A stretch of 64,000 bases of DNA from an uncultured Clostridia bacterium (lineage in GTDB: Bacteria; Bacillota; Clostridia; Christensenellales; CAG-917). How positions within the stretch are numbered: the stretch's first letter is position 1; the number at the start of each line of letters is the position of its first letter. The stretch lies in contig CAKQUX010000003.1 of the NCBI GenBank assembly GCA_934277645.1, positions 981 to 64,980 on the forward strand, read 5' to 3'. Positions 35,609 to 46,461 of the stretch are shown piece by piece. The position numbers were made by a program, and so were the translations under genes. Under the pieces are notes generated by a model. It was not told the DNA's origin. It searched no databases and worked only from the letters and a program-made list of their open reading frames with translations.

Positions 35609-37528
35609 ATGAGAAAAATAGGATTTGTTTTGATAGTTACGCTAATTTTAATTCTTTCGCTCACTCTTGTCGCTTGCGACAAAAACGGCGGTAAAGAAAA
35701 ATCGCTCTGCGAAAAGTTTCAGGCGGAAAAGATAGAGCTTAATGTTGCGGTTATGTCTGACACGCATTATCTTTCGCCGAGCTTGGTCGGCGATTATGCC
35801 TACGAGAGTTTCGGTGAGAAAATGAGCGACGCAAAAACTTATGAAATTGCGGTCGCAATAATACGTTCGGCTCTTGATAAAGTTTCGGCTGAAGGCTACA
35901 ATGCGCTTATCATAACGGGGGATTTGTGCGACAATCACGCCGTGCAAAATCACGCCGAAATGTCGGCATTACTTAAAACCTATGCGGACGAAAAAGGGCT
36001 TAAAATATTCGTAGTGCCTGGTAATCACGACGTTGCGCCCGAGGGGTACTATGGTTATAAGTACACGTCAAGCGGAAAAGAAAAAGTTGAAAGTTTGCAA
36101 GATACCGCAAAAGGAATAGTCCAGAGTTTCAAAGACTATTATTACGATTTCGGTTACAACGTCGCAATCGCAACGCACGGACTTTCATACGTCGCTAAGC
36201 TCGGCGACGGATACAGACTGCTTGCGATAGATAATTGCAGTGAAGACTTATCGGACGAAACGTTAGCGTTTGTCGACGAACAGCTTGCGGCGGCAGAGAA
36301 AGCAGGAGATAAAGTCGTTGCGGCACAACATAAACCGATTAACAATATGTTCGGGTCGATAACCGATATTTTGGGTAAGAGCCACAGCGCAATTACCGCA
36401 AATGCGGAGAAACTTACGAATACGCTTGCTGGCAGAGTCGAAATACTATTCTCGGGACATAATCACGCAAACGATGCGGTTGATTTGAAAAGCGAGAGCG
36501 GCAAAACGCTTGTCGAAGCGATGACGGGCTCTATAAGCCAAAGTGCAAACTGCTATAAGAATTATAAATTCACAAAGAATTACGTTAAAAGTCAAACGCT
36601 AAGGCTTGAAAAACTTAACGCCGATTATTTGCCGAATTATCTTTCGGCGGCGGACAAAGCGTCGGTGATAAACGATTTCAACGGCTATGCGACAAAGCGT
36701 GTCGGCGATTTTGCAAGACACAAAGTGGACGAACTTAACCTTGTTCAAACGATAGGAAAAGTGATTTTCGGAGCAGAAGAAGTTCCGGCGGCGGCAAATG
36801 AATGTATAAAAGAAATAGTAGCGTTTTTAAATAAGCCGCTTTACGGCAACGACAGCATCGAATCGTTCTTTAAAAAGTATGAGGCAGAATTCCCTGAAAG
36901 CAAATATGCCACTGTGTATGAAGCGGCGGCAAAAGTCGGCGAAAACATTTTCTACGGCGGTGAAAACCAAAAAGACGGTGTAGAGCTTAAAGTCGTCGAA
37001 TTGGCGTTTGTAGGCATAGTCGCAAAAATTTATGCGAGTGAGCTTTTCGACAATTTAGATTCGATAGGCGGCAATATAAAAGACAGAGCGGAAAAATGCG
37101 ACGATGTCGTGAAGACGCTTTTGAAAAGCGGCAGAATCGACCTTTACAAAAGCGGACTTATAAATGCGGTTTTGAAATTCAAAAAGATAAATTCGCTCCT
37201 TAGCGAAAACACCGTTTTGCGCGCGACTGTAGCAATTCCGAAATCGCTCAAATATACGTCAGTATCTCAGCTTTCAAAAACAATCGAAGCGTTGATTTCG
37301 ACGGCGAAAGGCTTGGCAATGCTTGGCAATATCGATTTGTCCGATTGCTTTGAGACGGCAGTCGATGACGGCGGCAATAGAATTTACAGCGGAGTTTTGA
37401 ACGTCAGAACTCTTTTGCATGACAAAGTGTTTCTCGGAATAGCAAAATCGTTTGTCGTCGACAGCGACGTTCCCGACCGCGATTTCGTTTTAAGTCCGTC
37501 TAACGGAAAGTGGGAAAAGGCGAAATAA
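35609..37528 (+). CDS. Lipoprotein with a calcineurin-like metallophosphoesterase domain
   Basis: Lipobox LTLVAC. Metallophosphoesterase motifs VMSDTHY, TGDLCDN, GNHD, GHNH. Confidence 0.75.
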   Translation: MRKIGFVLIVTLILILSLTLVACDKNGGKEKSLCEKFQAEKIELNVAVMSDTHYLSPSLVGDYAYESFGEKMSDAKTYEIAVAIIRSALDKVSAEGYNALIITGDLCDNHAVQNHAEMSALLKTYADEKGLKIFVVPGNHDVAPEGYYGYKYTSSGKEKVESLQDTAKGIVQSFKDYYYDFGYNVAIATHGLSYVAKLGDGYRLLAIDNCSEDLSDETLAFVDEQLAAAEKAGDKVVAAQHKPINNMFGSITDILGKSHSAITANAEKLTNTLAGRVEILFSGHNHANDAVDLKSESGKTLVEAMTGSISQSANCYKNYKFTKNYVKSQTLRLEKLNADYLPNYLSAADKASVINDFNGYATKRVGDFARHKVDELNLVQTIGKVIFGAEEVPAAANECIKEIVAFLNKPLYGNDSIESFFKKYEAEFPESKYATVYEAAAKVGENIFYGGENQKDGVELKVVELAFVGIVAKIYASELFDNLDSIGGNIKDRAEKCDDVVKTLLKSGRIDLYKSGLINAVLKFKKINSLLSENTVLRATVAIPKSLKYTSVSQLSKTIEALISTAKGLAMLGNIDLSDCFETAVDDGGNRIYSGVLNVRTLLHDKVFLGIAKSFVVDSDVPDRDFVLSPSNGKWEKAK

Positions 37529-37760
37529 AAAACAATATAGTCTATAAACGATTTAAGGAAAAACAATTTGATGACGGATTAGAGAAGTAAATCGGCAAAC
37601 GAAATTTTGACGAAGCTAAATCTGACGGAATCGAATTAAAGTTTAAACCGTTAAAACGTTGCAAGGCAAATTCAAATCTTATTTTTAAATATTAGCGTTA
37701 TACGATGCGTTGCGGCAAATTCAAGTGCCAATCGAACAGACGGCGCAGACGACAAAAATG

Positions 37761-37791
37761 AAAAATCGACGGCTATCGTCGATTTTTTTTT
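37761..37791 (+). terminator. Rho-independent terminator-like hairpin upstream of guaB
   Basis: ATCGACG-GCTAT-CGTCGAT followed by T9. It lies about 235 nt after the 37528 stop and 86 nt before the guaB start. Confidence 0.55.
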
Positions 37792-37867
37792 GCAAATTTT
37801 CAAAACGCTTTTTATTTATTTGACATTATTTTTTGAAAATAATAAAATATTTAAAATTACACAATAG

Positions 37868-39331
<1,464 letters not shown>

Positions 39332-39437
39332 AGTTTTGCCCTGCTATGGCTTTCCTATTATGGAACCGTAGCAGGGTAGCTTAATTTTTAGTTTTTGTTT
39401 TTTTAAAAAGGCAAAGAATATATAAGGCAAAACATTT

Positions 39438-40232
39438 ATGATAGACACACACGTTCACGTTTTTCCAGACAAGATTGCCGAAGGCGCAATAGCAAAACTT
39501 GCGGCGGCGGCGAAAAAAGTTCCGTCCACAAACGGTTCTTTGTCGGACACCGTTCAAAAAATGAAAGACTGGGGTGTGAACGAGTTTTGGCTTATGTCGA
39601 TTGCGACAAACGAAAGACAAATGACAAACGTCAACGATTTTGCGCTCGGTTGCAAGTCGGACGTTTGCTATCCATTCGCTTCGGTGTATCCGTTGTCGGA
39701 CAAAGCGTTAGACGAACTTGAAAGGGTTTACGATTTAGGTTTCAGGGGTATTAAACTTCATCCTGAATATCAACAATTTGAAGTGTCGGATAAAAGGGTA
39801 TATCCCGTTTACGATTTTATAAAGTCGCATGGTATGATGCTTTGTTTTCATGCAGGCAAAGATTGCGCCTATCTAAGCACCTATTATGCCTCGCCGAGAA
39901 GCATTGCCAAAGTCGCAGACGATTTTAAGGGAATTAAAATCATTGCCGCGCATTTGGGCGGTTGGAACGTTTGGCAAGAAGTGCTTGAATACGAAGCGGG
40001 CAAGGATATATATTTCGATACCGCATATTTAAAAGGAATGATATCGGATGGCGAAGTCAAGAAAATACTCAGTCGTCATTCAAAAGAGAGAATATTGTTA
40101 GGCTCGGATTGCCCTTGGTCGAGTCCTATAAAGGAAAGGGAATATTTTGAAAAATTTCTATCGTCTAACGAGATAGAACTAATTTGCGATAAAAACGCTA
40201 CCGAGCTTAAATCGGAAGCGGAAAGAGGATAA
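39438..40232 (+). CDS. Amidohydrolase-family (TIM-barrel metal-dependent hydrolase) protein
   Basis: 264 aa. MIDTHVHVFP start motif, plus later AHLGG and GSDCPW. Confidence 0.6.
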   Translation: MIDTHVHVFPDKIAEGAIAKLAAAAKKVPSTNGSLSDTVQKMKDWGVNEFWLMSIATNERQMTNVNDFALGCKSDVCYPFASVYPLSDKALDELERVYDLGFRGIKLHPEYQQFEVSDKRVYPVYDFIKSHGMMLCFHAGKDCAYLSTYYASPRSIAKVADDFKGIKIIAAHLGGWNVWQEVLEYEAGKDIYFDTAYLKGMISDGEVKKILSRHSKERILLGSDCPWSSPIKEREYFEKFLSSNEIELICDKNATELKSEAERG

Positions 40233-40236
40233 AATT

Positions 40237-42069
40237 TTGGTCAGAGAAGATTTAAGAAACATTGCTATCATTGCTCACGTCGACCACGGCAAGACTACGC
40301 TTGTAGACGGAATGTTGAAGCAATCGGGAACATTCAGAGAAAATCAACAAGTCGAAACGAGAGTTATGGACAACAACGACTTAGAGCGTGAGCGTGGCAT
40401 AACCATTTTGGCGAAGAATACCGCAATTCATTATAAAGGTAAAAAGATAAACATTATCGATACCCCGGGACACGCCGATTTCGGTGGCGAAGTCGAGAGA
40501 GTTTTGAAAATGGTTTCGGGCGTTCTCCTTTTGGTCGACGCCGCCGAAGGCCCTATGCCGCAAACGAGATTTGTTTTGACAAAGGCAATAGAACTCGGAC
40601 TTAAAATCATAATCGTTATAAACAAGATAGACAGACCCGACGCAAGACTTTCCGAGGTAGGGGACGAAGTGCTTGAATTGCTTTTGGAACTCAACGCAAA
40701 CGACGAGCAGCTTTTTAGCCCTATCATATACTGTTCGGGCAGAAACGCAACCGCAACGCTCGATTACAACGTCGAAGGCAAAAATCTCGTACCGCTTTTC
40801 GACACTATATTGGATTATATTGAACCGCCGTCAGGCGATGAAACGGGACCGTTGCAACTTCTTTGCTCGTCTATCGACTACAACGAATACGTAGGAAGAA
40901 TCGGCATAGGCAAAATCGAAAGGGGACAAATCAAAGTCGGGCAAGAAGTTGCCATTTGCGATTATCACAATTCCGACGTTAATTATAAAGGCAGAGTGGT
41001 TTCGCTCTATCAAATAGAGGGTTTAAAGCGTGAACCTGTCGAAACGGCAAAAGTCGGCGACATAGTGTGTTTCTCGGGCATAGAGAATATAAAAATAGGA
41101 AACACGCTTTGCGCAACGTCGAATCCCGAACCTATTCCTTTTGTAAAGATTAGCGAACCGACGATTGAAATGACTTTCTCGGTCAACGATTCTCCTTTTG
41201 CAGGTCGTGAAGGAAAGTTTGTAACTTCCAGAAACTTGCGTGAAAGACTTTATCGCGAACTGTTAAAAGATATGTCGCTTAGAGTTGTCGATACCGACAG
41301 CACGGACAGCTTTAAGGTTTGCGGTCGTGGGGAAATGCACCTTTCAATTTTGATTGAAACCATGCGCCGTGAAGGTTACGAGTTTATGGTCGGACCGCCA
41401 AAAGTTTTGCTTAAAACTATCGACGGCGTGACTTGCGAACCTATGGAGCATTTGTACGTTGACGTGCCGCAGATTTCAATGGGTGCGATTATGGAGAACA
41501 TGGGCGTCAGAAAGGGCGAACTTGTCACAATGGACGCCGTCGGCAACCGTATGCGTCTTGAATTCGTCGTTCCTGCAAGAAGTTTGTTCGGATTTAAAAA
41601 CGAAATGCTTACGGCAACGAGAGGCGAGGGCATTATGAATACGTCGTTTGAAGGATATGCTCCGTTTAAAGGTGCAATCCCGAGAAGATTTACAGGTTCG
41701 CTCGTAGCGTTTGAGACGGGCGAAGCGGCAACGTACGGACTTTTCAATGCTCAGGAACGCGGCGTGCTTTTTATCGAGCCGCAAACTCCAGTTTACGAAG
41801 GTATGGTCGTCGGCTACTCGCCTAAAAACGAAGACCTCAGAGTCAACGTTTGCAAAAAGAAGCACGTCACAAATATGCGTGCGGCAGGCAGTGACGAAGC
41901 CCTAAGACTTAATCCTATCAAAAAAATGAGCCTTGAAGAAGCAATCGAATTTATTGCGGACGACGAACTTTTGGAAGTAACGCCGAAGAACATCAGAATA
42001 AGAAAAACTATTCTTGACGGAAGTCAAAGAATGAAACTTTTGATGAACGCAAGAAACGGCGAAAACTGA
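40237..42069 (+). CDS. typA: Translational GTPase TypA/BipA
   Basis: 610 aa. IAIIAHVDHGKTTLVD, DTPGHADFGGEVER, NKIDR. TTG start with GAAAGAGGA upstream. Confidence 0.93.
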   Translation: MVREDLRNIAIIAHVDHGKTTLVDGMLKQSGTFRENQQVETRVMDNNDLERERGITILAKNTAIHYKGKKINIIDTPGHADFGGEVERVLKMVSGVLLLVDAAEGPMPQTRFVLTKAIELGLKIIIVINKIDRPDARLSEVGDEVLELLLELNANDEQLFSPIIYCSGRNATATLDYNVEGKNLVPLFDTILDYIEPPSGDETGPLQLLCSSIDYNEYVGRIGIGKIERGQIKVGQEVAICDYHNSDVNYKGRVVSLYQIEGLKREPVETAKVGDIVCFSGIENIKIGNTLCATSNPEPIPFVKISEPTIEMTFSVNDSPFAGREGKFVTSRNLRERLYRELLKDMSLRVVDTDSTDSFKVCGRGEMHLSILIETMRREGYEFMVGPPKVLLKTIDGVTCEPMEHLYVDVPQISMGAIMENMGVRKGELVTMDAVGNRMRLEFVVPARSLFGFKNEMLTATRGEGIMNTSFEGYAPFKGAIPRRFTGSLVAFETGEAATYGLFNAQERGVLFIEPQTPVYEGMVVGYSPKNEDLRVNVCKKKHVTNMRAAGSDEALRLNPIKKMSLEEAIEFIADDELLEVTPKNIRIRKTILDGSQRMKLLMNARNGEN

Positions 42070-42137
42070 GGCAAAAACTAAGATGTTTAGCCGCTTGGCA
42101 CAAATCTCGATAGCCTTGTTTTAATGAAATAGCATTT

Positions 42138-42167
42138 AAAGACGGAAATAAGTTTCCGTCTTTTTTT
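42138..42167 (+). terminator. Rho-independent terminator
   Basis: AAAGACGGAAA-TAAG-TTTCCGTCTTTTTTT. Confidence 0.8.
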
Positions 42168-42576
42168 GTTGTAAGAATCATAGAACGAGAGTTATTTAGA
42201 ACATGAATTTATAAATCGTTTTGCTTAAACTTCGGATTTTAAAATAATGTTTTAAATATATATTGTTTATTTTATTTAATGGAAACAAAATAAAAAAAGT
42301 AAAATTGAGTTTGATATTTTTGAATAACAAGTGTATTTAAAGAACAAACATATTCAAAAGACAAATGTATTCAAAATATAAATGTAGTAAAAAACAAACA
42401 TAAAAAACGTAAGTTAAATTTAGTTTGATATTCTTTGTAAAAACAGATTTAAAACAAACGTAAGATAAAACTTACGATAATAAGCGATAAATTTAACTTC
42501 GGTTAAGGCGAAAAACACTTTAAAAATAAAAAAGTCCGATATTTAAATAAAAAATTAAAATAAGTGCGTTATTTGT

Positions 42577-42605
42577 TTGACATAACTGCGGATAAATAGT
42601 ATTAT
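42577..42605 (+). promoter_or_regulatory. Consensus-like sigma-A promoter of adhE
   Basis: TTGACA, a 17-nt spacer, then TATTAT, about 175 nt upstream of the adhE ATG. Confidence 0.6.
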
Positions 42606-42625
42606 ATCGATAAGAACTTATCGAT
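42606..42625. promoter_or_regulatory. Perfect inverted repeat ATCGATAAG-AA-CTTATCGAT abutting the -10 box (candidate operator)
   Basis: Read directly from the sequence. The CGATAAGAAC word recurs at 42693-42702. Confidence 0.4.
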
Positions 42626-42778
42626 AATTTTTTAACGGATATCGCATAGCGTTAAAATTAACGTTTAAATCGACTTATCTTTAAAACTTTGACGATAAGA
42701 ACGAAACCGTATTGCATTTTAAACTTAAACGGGTTAAAATGTAATTGTTACTTTGAAAAACTTTTTAAGGAGAAATAT

Positions 42779-45379
42779 ATGACTAAAGATTTCATAGTAA
42801 ATGATGAAGAAAGCCTTGAGAAATTGCTCAAATCGGTAAGGGAAGCGCAAAAGCAATTCGCAACCTACACGCAAGAGCAAGTCGATAAGATTTTCTTTGA
42901 AGCAGCAATGGCGGCAAACAAGATGAGAATTCCTCTTGCGAAAATGGCAGTCGCAGAAACAGGTATGGGTATAGTCGAAGATAAGGTTATCAAAAACCAC
43001 TATGCTTCCGAATATATCTACAACGCATATCGCAACACCAAAACTTGCGGCGTTATCGAAAAAGATTCCGCATTCGGCATTATGAAAATAGCCGAACCTA
43101 TTGGTGTTTTGGCAGCAGTCGTTCCTACGACGAACCCGACGTCAACTGCAATCTTTAAATCACTTATCGCTTTAAAGACAAGAAACGGAATTATTTTCAG
43201 CCCGCACCCAAGAGCAAAGAAATGCACGATCGAAGCTGCCAGAATCGTTCTCGAAGCAGCTGTCAAAGCAGGCGCTCCTGAGGGCATTATCGGCTGGATC
43301 GACGAGCCTACGGTTGCTCTTTCGGCACTTATCATGAAAGAAGCAGACTGCACGCTTGCAACCGGCGGACCGGGCATGGTCAGATCGGCATACAGCAGCG
43401 GCAAACCTGCAGTAGGCGTTGGCGCAGGTAACACTCCTGCAATCGTTGACAGCACTGCAAACATCGAACTTGCGGCATCTTCGATTCTTCATTCGAAGAC
43501 GTTCGACAACGGTATGATTTGCGCATCCGAACAATCGGTTATCGTTCTTAGCGACGTATACGACAAGTTCAAGAAAGAACTTCAAGCTCGCGGAGCATAC
43601 TTCCTTAATGACGAACAAAAAGATATGGTCAGACACACCATTTTGATTAACGGTGCGTTGAACGCAAAAATAGTCGGACAATCGGCTTGCAAAATCGCAA
43701 ACCTTTCGGGCTTCGATGCTCCTGAGGGAAGCAAGATTTTGGTCGGCGAAGTCGAAAGCGTCGATTTGTCGGAAGAATTCGCTCACGAAAAACTCAGCCC
43801 TGTTCTTGCTATGTACAAAGCAAAAGACTTTGACGACGCAGTCGCAAAGGCAGGACAACTTATTGCAGACGGCGGCTACGGACATACTTCGTCTATCTAT
43901 ATCAACACTCTCACCGAAGGCGAAAAACTTGCAAAGTGGGAAAGAAATATGAAGACCTGCCGTTGCCTTATCAATACTCCTTCTTCGCAAGGCGGTATCG
44001 GTGACCTTTACAACTTCAAACTTAAACCTTCTCTTACGCTCGGTTGCGGAAGCTGGGGCGGAAACAGCGTCAGCGAAAACGTCGGCGTCAAGCACTTAAT
44101 CAATATTAAAACGGTTGCAGAAAGGAGAGAGAATATGTTGTGGTTCAGAGCACCATCTAAGGTTTATTTAAAGAAAGGCTGCTTGCCTGTTGCTCTTGAC
44201 GAATTGAAGACCGTTATGGGCAAGAAAAAAGCATTTATCGTAACAGACAGTTTCTTGTATAACAACGGATATACAAAGCCAATCACCGAAAAACTCGATG
44301 AAATGGGCATTCAACACACGACGTTCTTCAACGTTGCTCCGGACCCGACGCTTGCATGCGCAAAGGAAGGCGCGGAACAAATGAAGGCTTTCCAACCTGA
44401 CTGCATTATCGCGCTCGGCGGTGGTTCTGCTATGGACGCAGGCAAGATCATGTGGGTTCTTTATGAACATCCTGAAGTCAACTTCATGGACCTTGCAATG
44501 CGCTTTATGGATATCAGAAAGAGAGTTTACACCTTCCCTAAGATGGGCGAAAAGGCATTCTTTATCGCAATTCCTACATCGGCAGGTACAGGTTCCGAAG
44601 TTACGCCGTTCGCAGTTATCACCGATGAAAAGTCGGGAGTCAAGTATCCTCTTGCAGACTACGAACTTATGCCGAACATGGCAATCGTCGACGCAGACGT
44701 TATGATGAACGCACCTAAGGGCTTGACCGCCGCATCGGGTATCGACGCCGTAACGCACGCTCTTGAAGCTATCGCGTCTATGATGGCAACCGACTATACC
44801 GACGCTCTTGCTCTTAAAGCTCTTAAAGTTATTTTCGAGTTCTTGCCAAAAGCATACGACAACGGTCCTAACGACGCGGAAGCTCGTGAAAAAATGGGTA
44901 ACGCCGCTACTATGGCAGGTATGGCTTTCGCTAACGCATTCCTCGGTGTTTGCCACTCCATGGCTCACAAACTCGGCGCATTCTATCACATTCCTCACGG
45001 CGTAGCAAACGCTCTTATGATTGACGAAGTATTGCGCTTCAATGCTGCCGAAGTCCCTGTAAAGATGGGTACCTTCCCACAATACGACCATCCGAAGACT
45101 TTGAGAAGATATGCAGAAGTTGCAGAGTATCTCGGAATTAAGGGTAAAAACGATGAAGAAAAACTTAACAACCTTATCAAAGCTATCGACGAACTCAAAG
45201 AGAGAGTCGGCATAAAGAAGACAATCAAAGATTACGGCATCGACGAAAAAGAATTCTTGGAACGTCTTGACGAAATGACCGAACAAGCATTCGACGACCA
45301 ATGCACGGGCGCAAACCCGAGATATCCGCTTATGTCGGAAATTAAGCAAATGTATCTTAATGCCTACTATGGCAAATAA
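42779..45379 (+). CDS. adhE: Bifunctional acetaldehyde-CoA/alcohol dehydrogenase
   Basis: Start MTKDFIV at 42779 (AAGGAG SD). An N-terminal ALDH domain is followed by a C-terminal iron-ADH domain (GGGSAMDAGK, histidine-rich metal site). Confidence 0.95.
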   Translation: MTKDFIVNDEESLEKLLKSVREAQKQFATYTQEQVDKIFFEAAMAANKMRIPLAKMAVAETGMGIVEDKVIKNHYASEYIYNAYRNTKTCGVIEKDSAFGIMKIAEPIGVLAAVVPTTNPTSTAIFKSLIALKTRNGIIFSPHPRAKKCTIEAARIVLEAAVKAGAPEGIIGWIDEPTVALSALIMKEADCTLATGGPGMVRSAYSSGKPAVGVGAGNTPAIVDSTANIELAASSILHSKTFDNGMICASEQSVIVLSDVYDKFKKELQARGAYFLNDEQKDMVRHTILINGALNAKIVGQSACKIANLSGFDAPEGSKILVGEVESVDLSEEFAHEKLSPVLAMYKAKDFDDAVAKAGQLIADGGYGHTSSIYINTLTEGEKLAKWERNMKTCRCLINTPSSQGGIGDLYNFKLKPSLTLGCGSWGGNSVSENVGVKHLINIKTVAERRENMLWFRAPSKVYLKKGCLPVALDELKTVMGKKKAFIVTDSFLYNNGYTKPITEKLDEMGIQHTTFFNVAPDPTLACAKEGAEQMKAFQPDCIIALGGGSAMDAGKIMWVLYEHPEVNFMDLAMRFMDIRKRVYTFPKMGEKAFFIAIPTSAGTGSEVTPFAVITDEKSGVKYPLADYELMPNMAIVDADVMMNAPKGLTAASGIDAVTHALEAIASMMATDYTDALALKALKVIFEFLPKAYDNGPNDAEAREKMGNAATMAGMAFANAFLGVCHSMAHKLGAFYHIPHGVANALMIDEVLRFNAAEVPVKMGTFPQYDHPKTLRRYAEVAEYLGIKGKNDEEKLNNLIKAIDELKERVGIKKTIKDYGIDEKEFLERLDEMTEQAFDDQCTGANPRYPLMSEIKQMYLNAYYGK

Positions 45380-45389
45380 GGAGGGAATT

Positions 45390-46130
45390 ATGGAAAAGTT
45401 AGCCGAAAGAAAACACAAGGTTATTTACCGTGACGGCGACAGAGTAGTTAAAGTATTCGATTCGGAATTTAAAAAGTCGGATATCTTCAACGAAGTTTTG
45501 AATCAATCGAGAGTTGAAGAAACCGGTCTTGATATTCCTGCAATCGAAGAAGTCAAAAAGATTGACGGAAAATGGGCTATCGAAATGACCTACATTCCGG
45601 GCAAGACGCTTCAACAGCTTATGGCGGAAAACCCTAAAAAGGAAGACGAATATCTTGAAATGTTCGTTGACCTTCAAATGAAGATGCACACCTTTAAGGT
45701 TCCTCTTCTCAACAAGCTCAAGGACAAGATGGACAGAAAGATTTCCGAAAGCGACCTTGACGCAACCATAAGATACGAACTTCACACAAGACTTAACGGT
45801 ATGCCTAAACACAACAAACTTTGCCACGGCGACTTTAACCCGTCAAACGTCATCGTCACTCCGGAAGGAAAGACGTACGTCATCGACTGGTCACACGCAA
45901 CGCAAGGAAACGCATCGGCAGACGTTGCAAGAACTTATCTTCTTTTCAAACTCGAAGGTAAAGACGAACTTGCCGAAAAGTATCTAAAACTTTTCTGCAA
46001 AAAGAGTGACACTGCGGTTCAATACGTTAAAAACTGGTTGCCTATCGTTGCCGCATCTCAATCGGTCAAAGGCAAACCTGAAGAACGTGAATTCCTGCTC
46101 AAATGGGTGGACGTAGTTCAATTTGAATAA
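45390..46130 (+). CDS. Aminoglycoside-phosphotransferase/choline-kinase-like kinase-fold protein
   Basis: Start MEKLAER at 45390 (AAGGAGG SD). Motifs HGDFNPSNVIV and IDWSHA. Confidence 0.6.
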   Translation: MEKLAERKHKVIYRDGDRVVKVFDSEFKKSDIFNEVLNQSRVEETGLDIPAIEEVKKIDGKWAIEMTYIPGKTLQQLMAENPKKEDEYLEMFVDLQMKMHTFKVPLLNKLKDKMDRKISESDLDATIRYELHTRLNGMPKHNKLCHGDFNPSNVIVTPEGKTYVIDWSHATQGNASADVARTYLLFKLEGKDELAEKYLKLFCKKSDTAVQYVKNWLPIVAASQSVKGKPEEREFLLKWVDVVQFE

Positions 46131-46146
46131 TTAAAACTATTCATTA

Positions 46147-46181
46147 AAAGCGGAGTTGCGTTTGTAATTCCGCTTTTTTTT
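46147..46181 (+). terminator. Rho-independent terminator
   Basis: AAAAGCGGAGTT-N8-AATTCCGC followed by T8. Confidence 0.7.
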
Positions 46182-46191
46182 GGAGGAAGAT

Positions 46192-46437
46192 ATGAAACTC
46201 AGTATTTGTGTCGGCAGTAGCTGTCACCTTAAAGGCTCGTATGAAGTCATTGAAAAATTAAAGCAAATCGTAAAGACGTACGGCGTTGAAGACAAACTCG
46301 AACTTTGCGCAAGTTTTTGCCTTGGACATTGCAGCGACGGCGTTTCGGCAAAGCTCGACGAAGAGCTTATAACGGGGCTCAATCCTAATAACGTCGAAGA
46401 TATCTTTTTGGAACAAATAATGCCAAAAATAAAATAA
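46192..46437 (+). CDS. Thioredoxin-like [2Fe-2S] ferredoxin (HfsA-like)
   Basis: 81 aa. C-x4-C (CVGSSC) and C-x3-C (CLGHC) spacing as in the NuoE-type fold. GGAGGA SD. Confidence 0.6.
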   Translation: MKLSICVGSSCHLKGSYEVIEKLKQIVKTYGVEDKLELCASFCLGHCSDGVSAKLDEELITGLNPNNVEDIFLEQIMPKIK

Positions 46438-46461
46438 TGTGTAGTTTAAAGGAGATGCTTA

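Noticed and set aside
42689-42778. Upstream extension of adhE
   Set aside because: It uses a non-ATG start in the leader. The canonical N-terminus MTKDFIV at 42779 has an AAGGAG SD.
43172-45418. 307-aa and 416-aa minus-strand ORFs within adhE
   Set aside because: These are antisense to a highly conserved gene. They have no motifs and no ribosome-binding sites.
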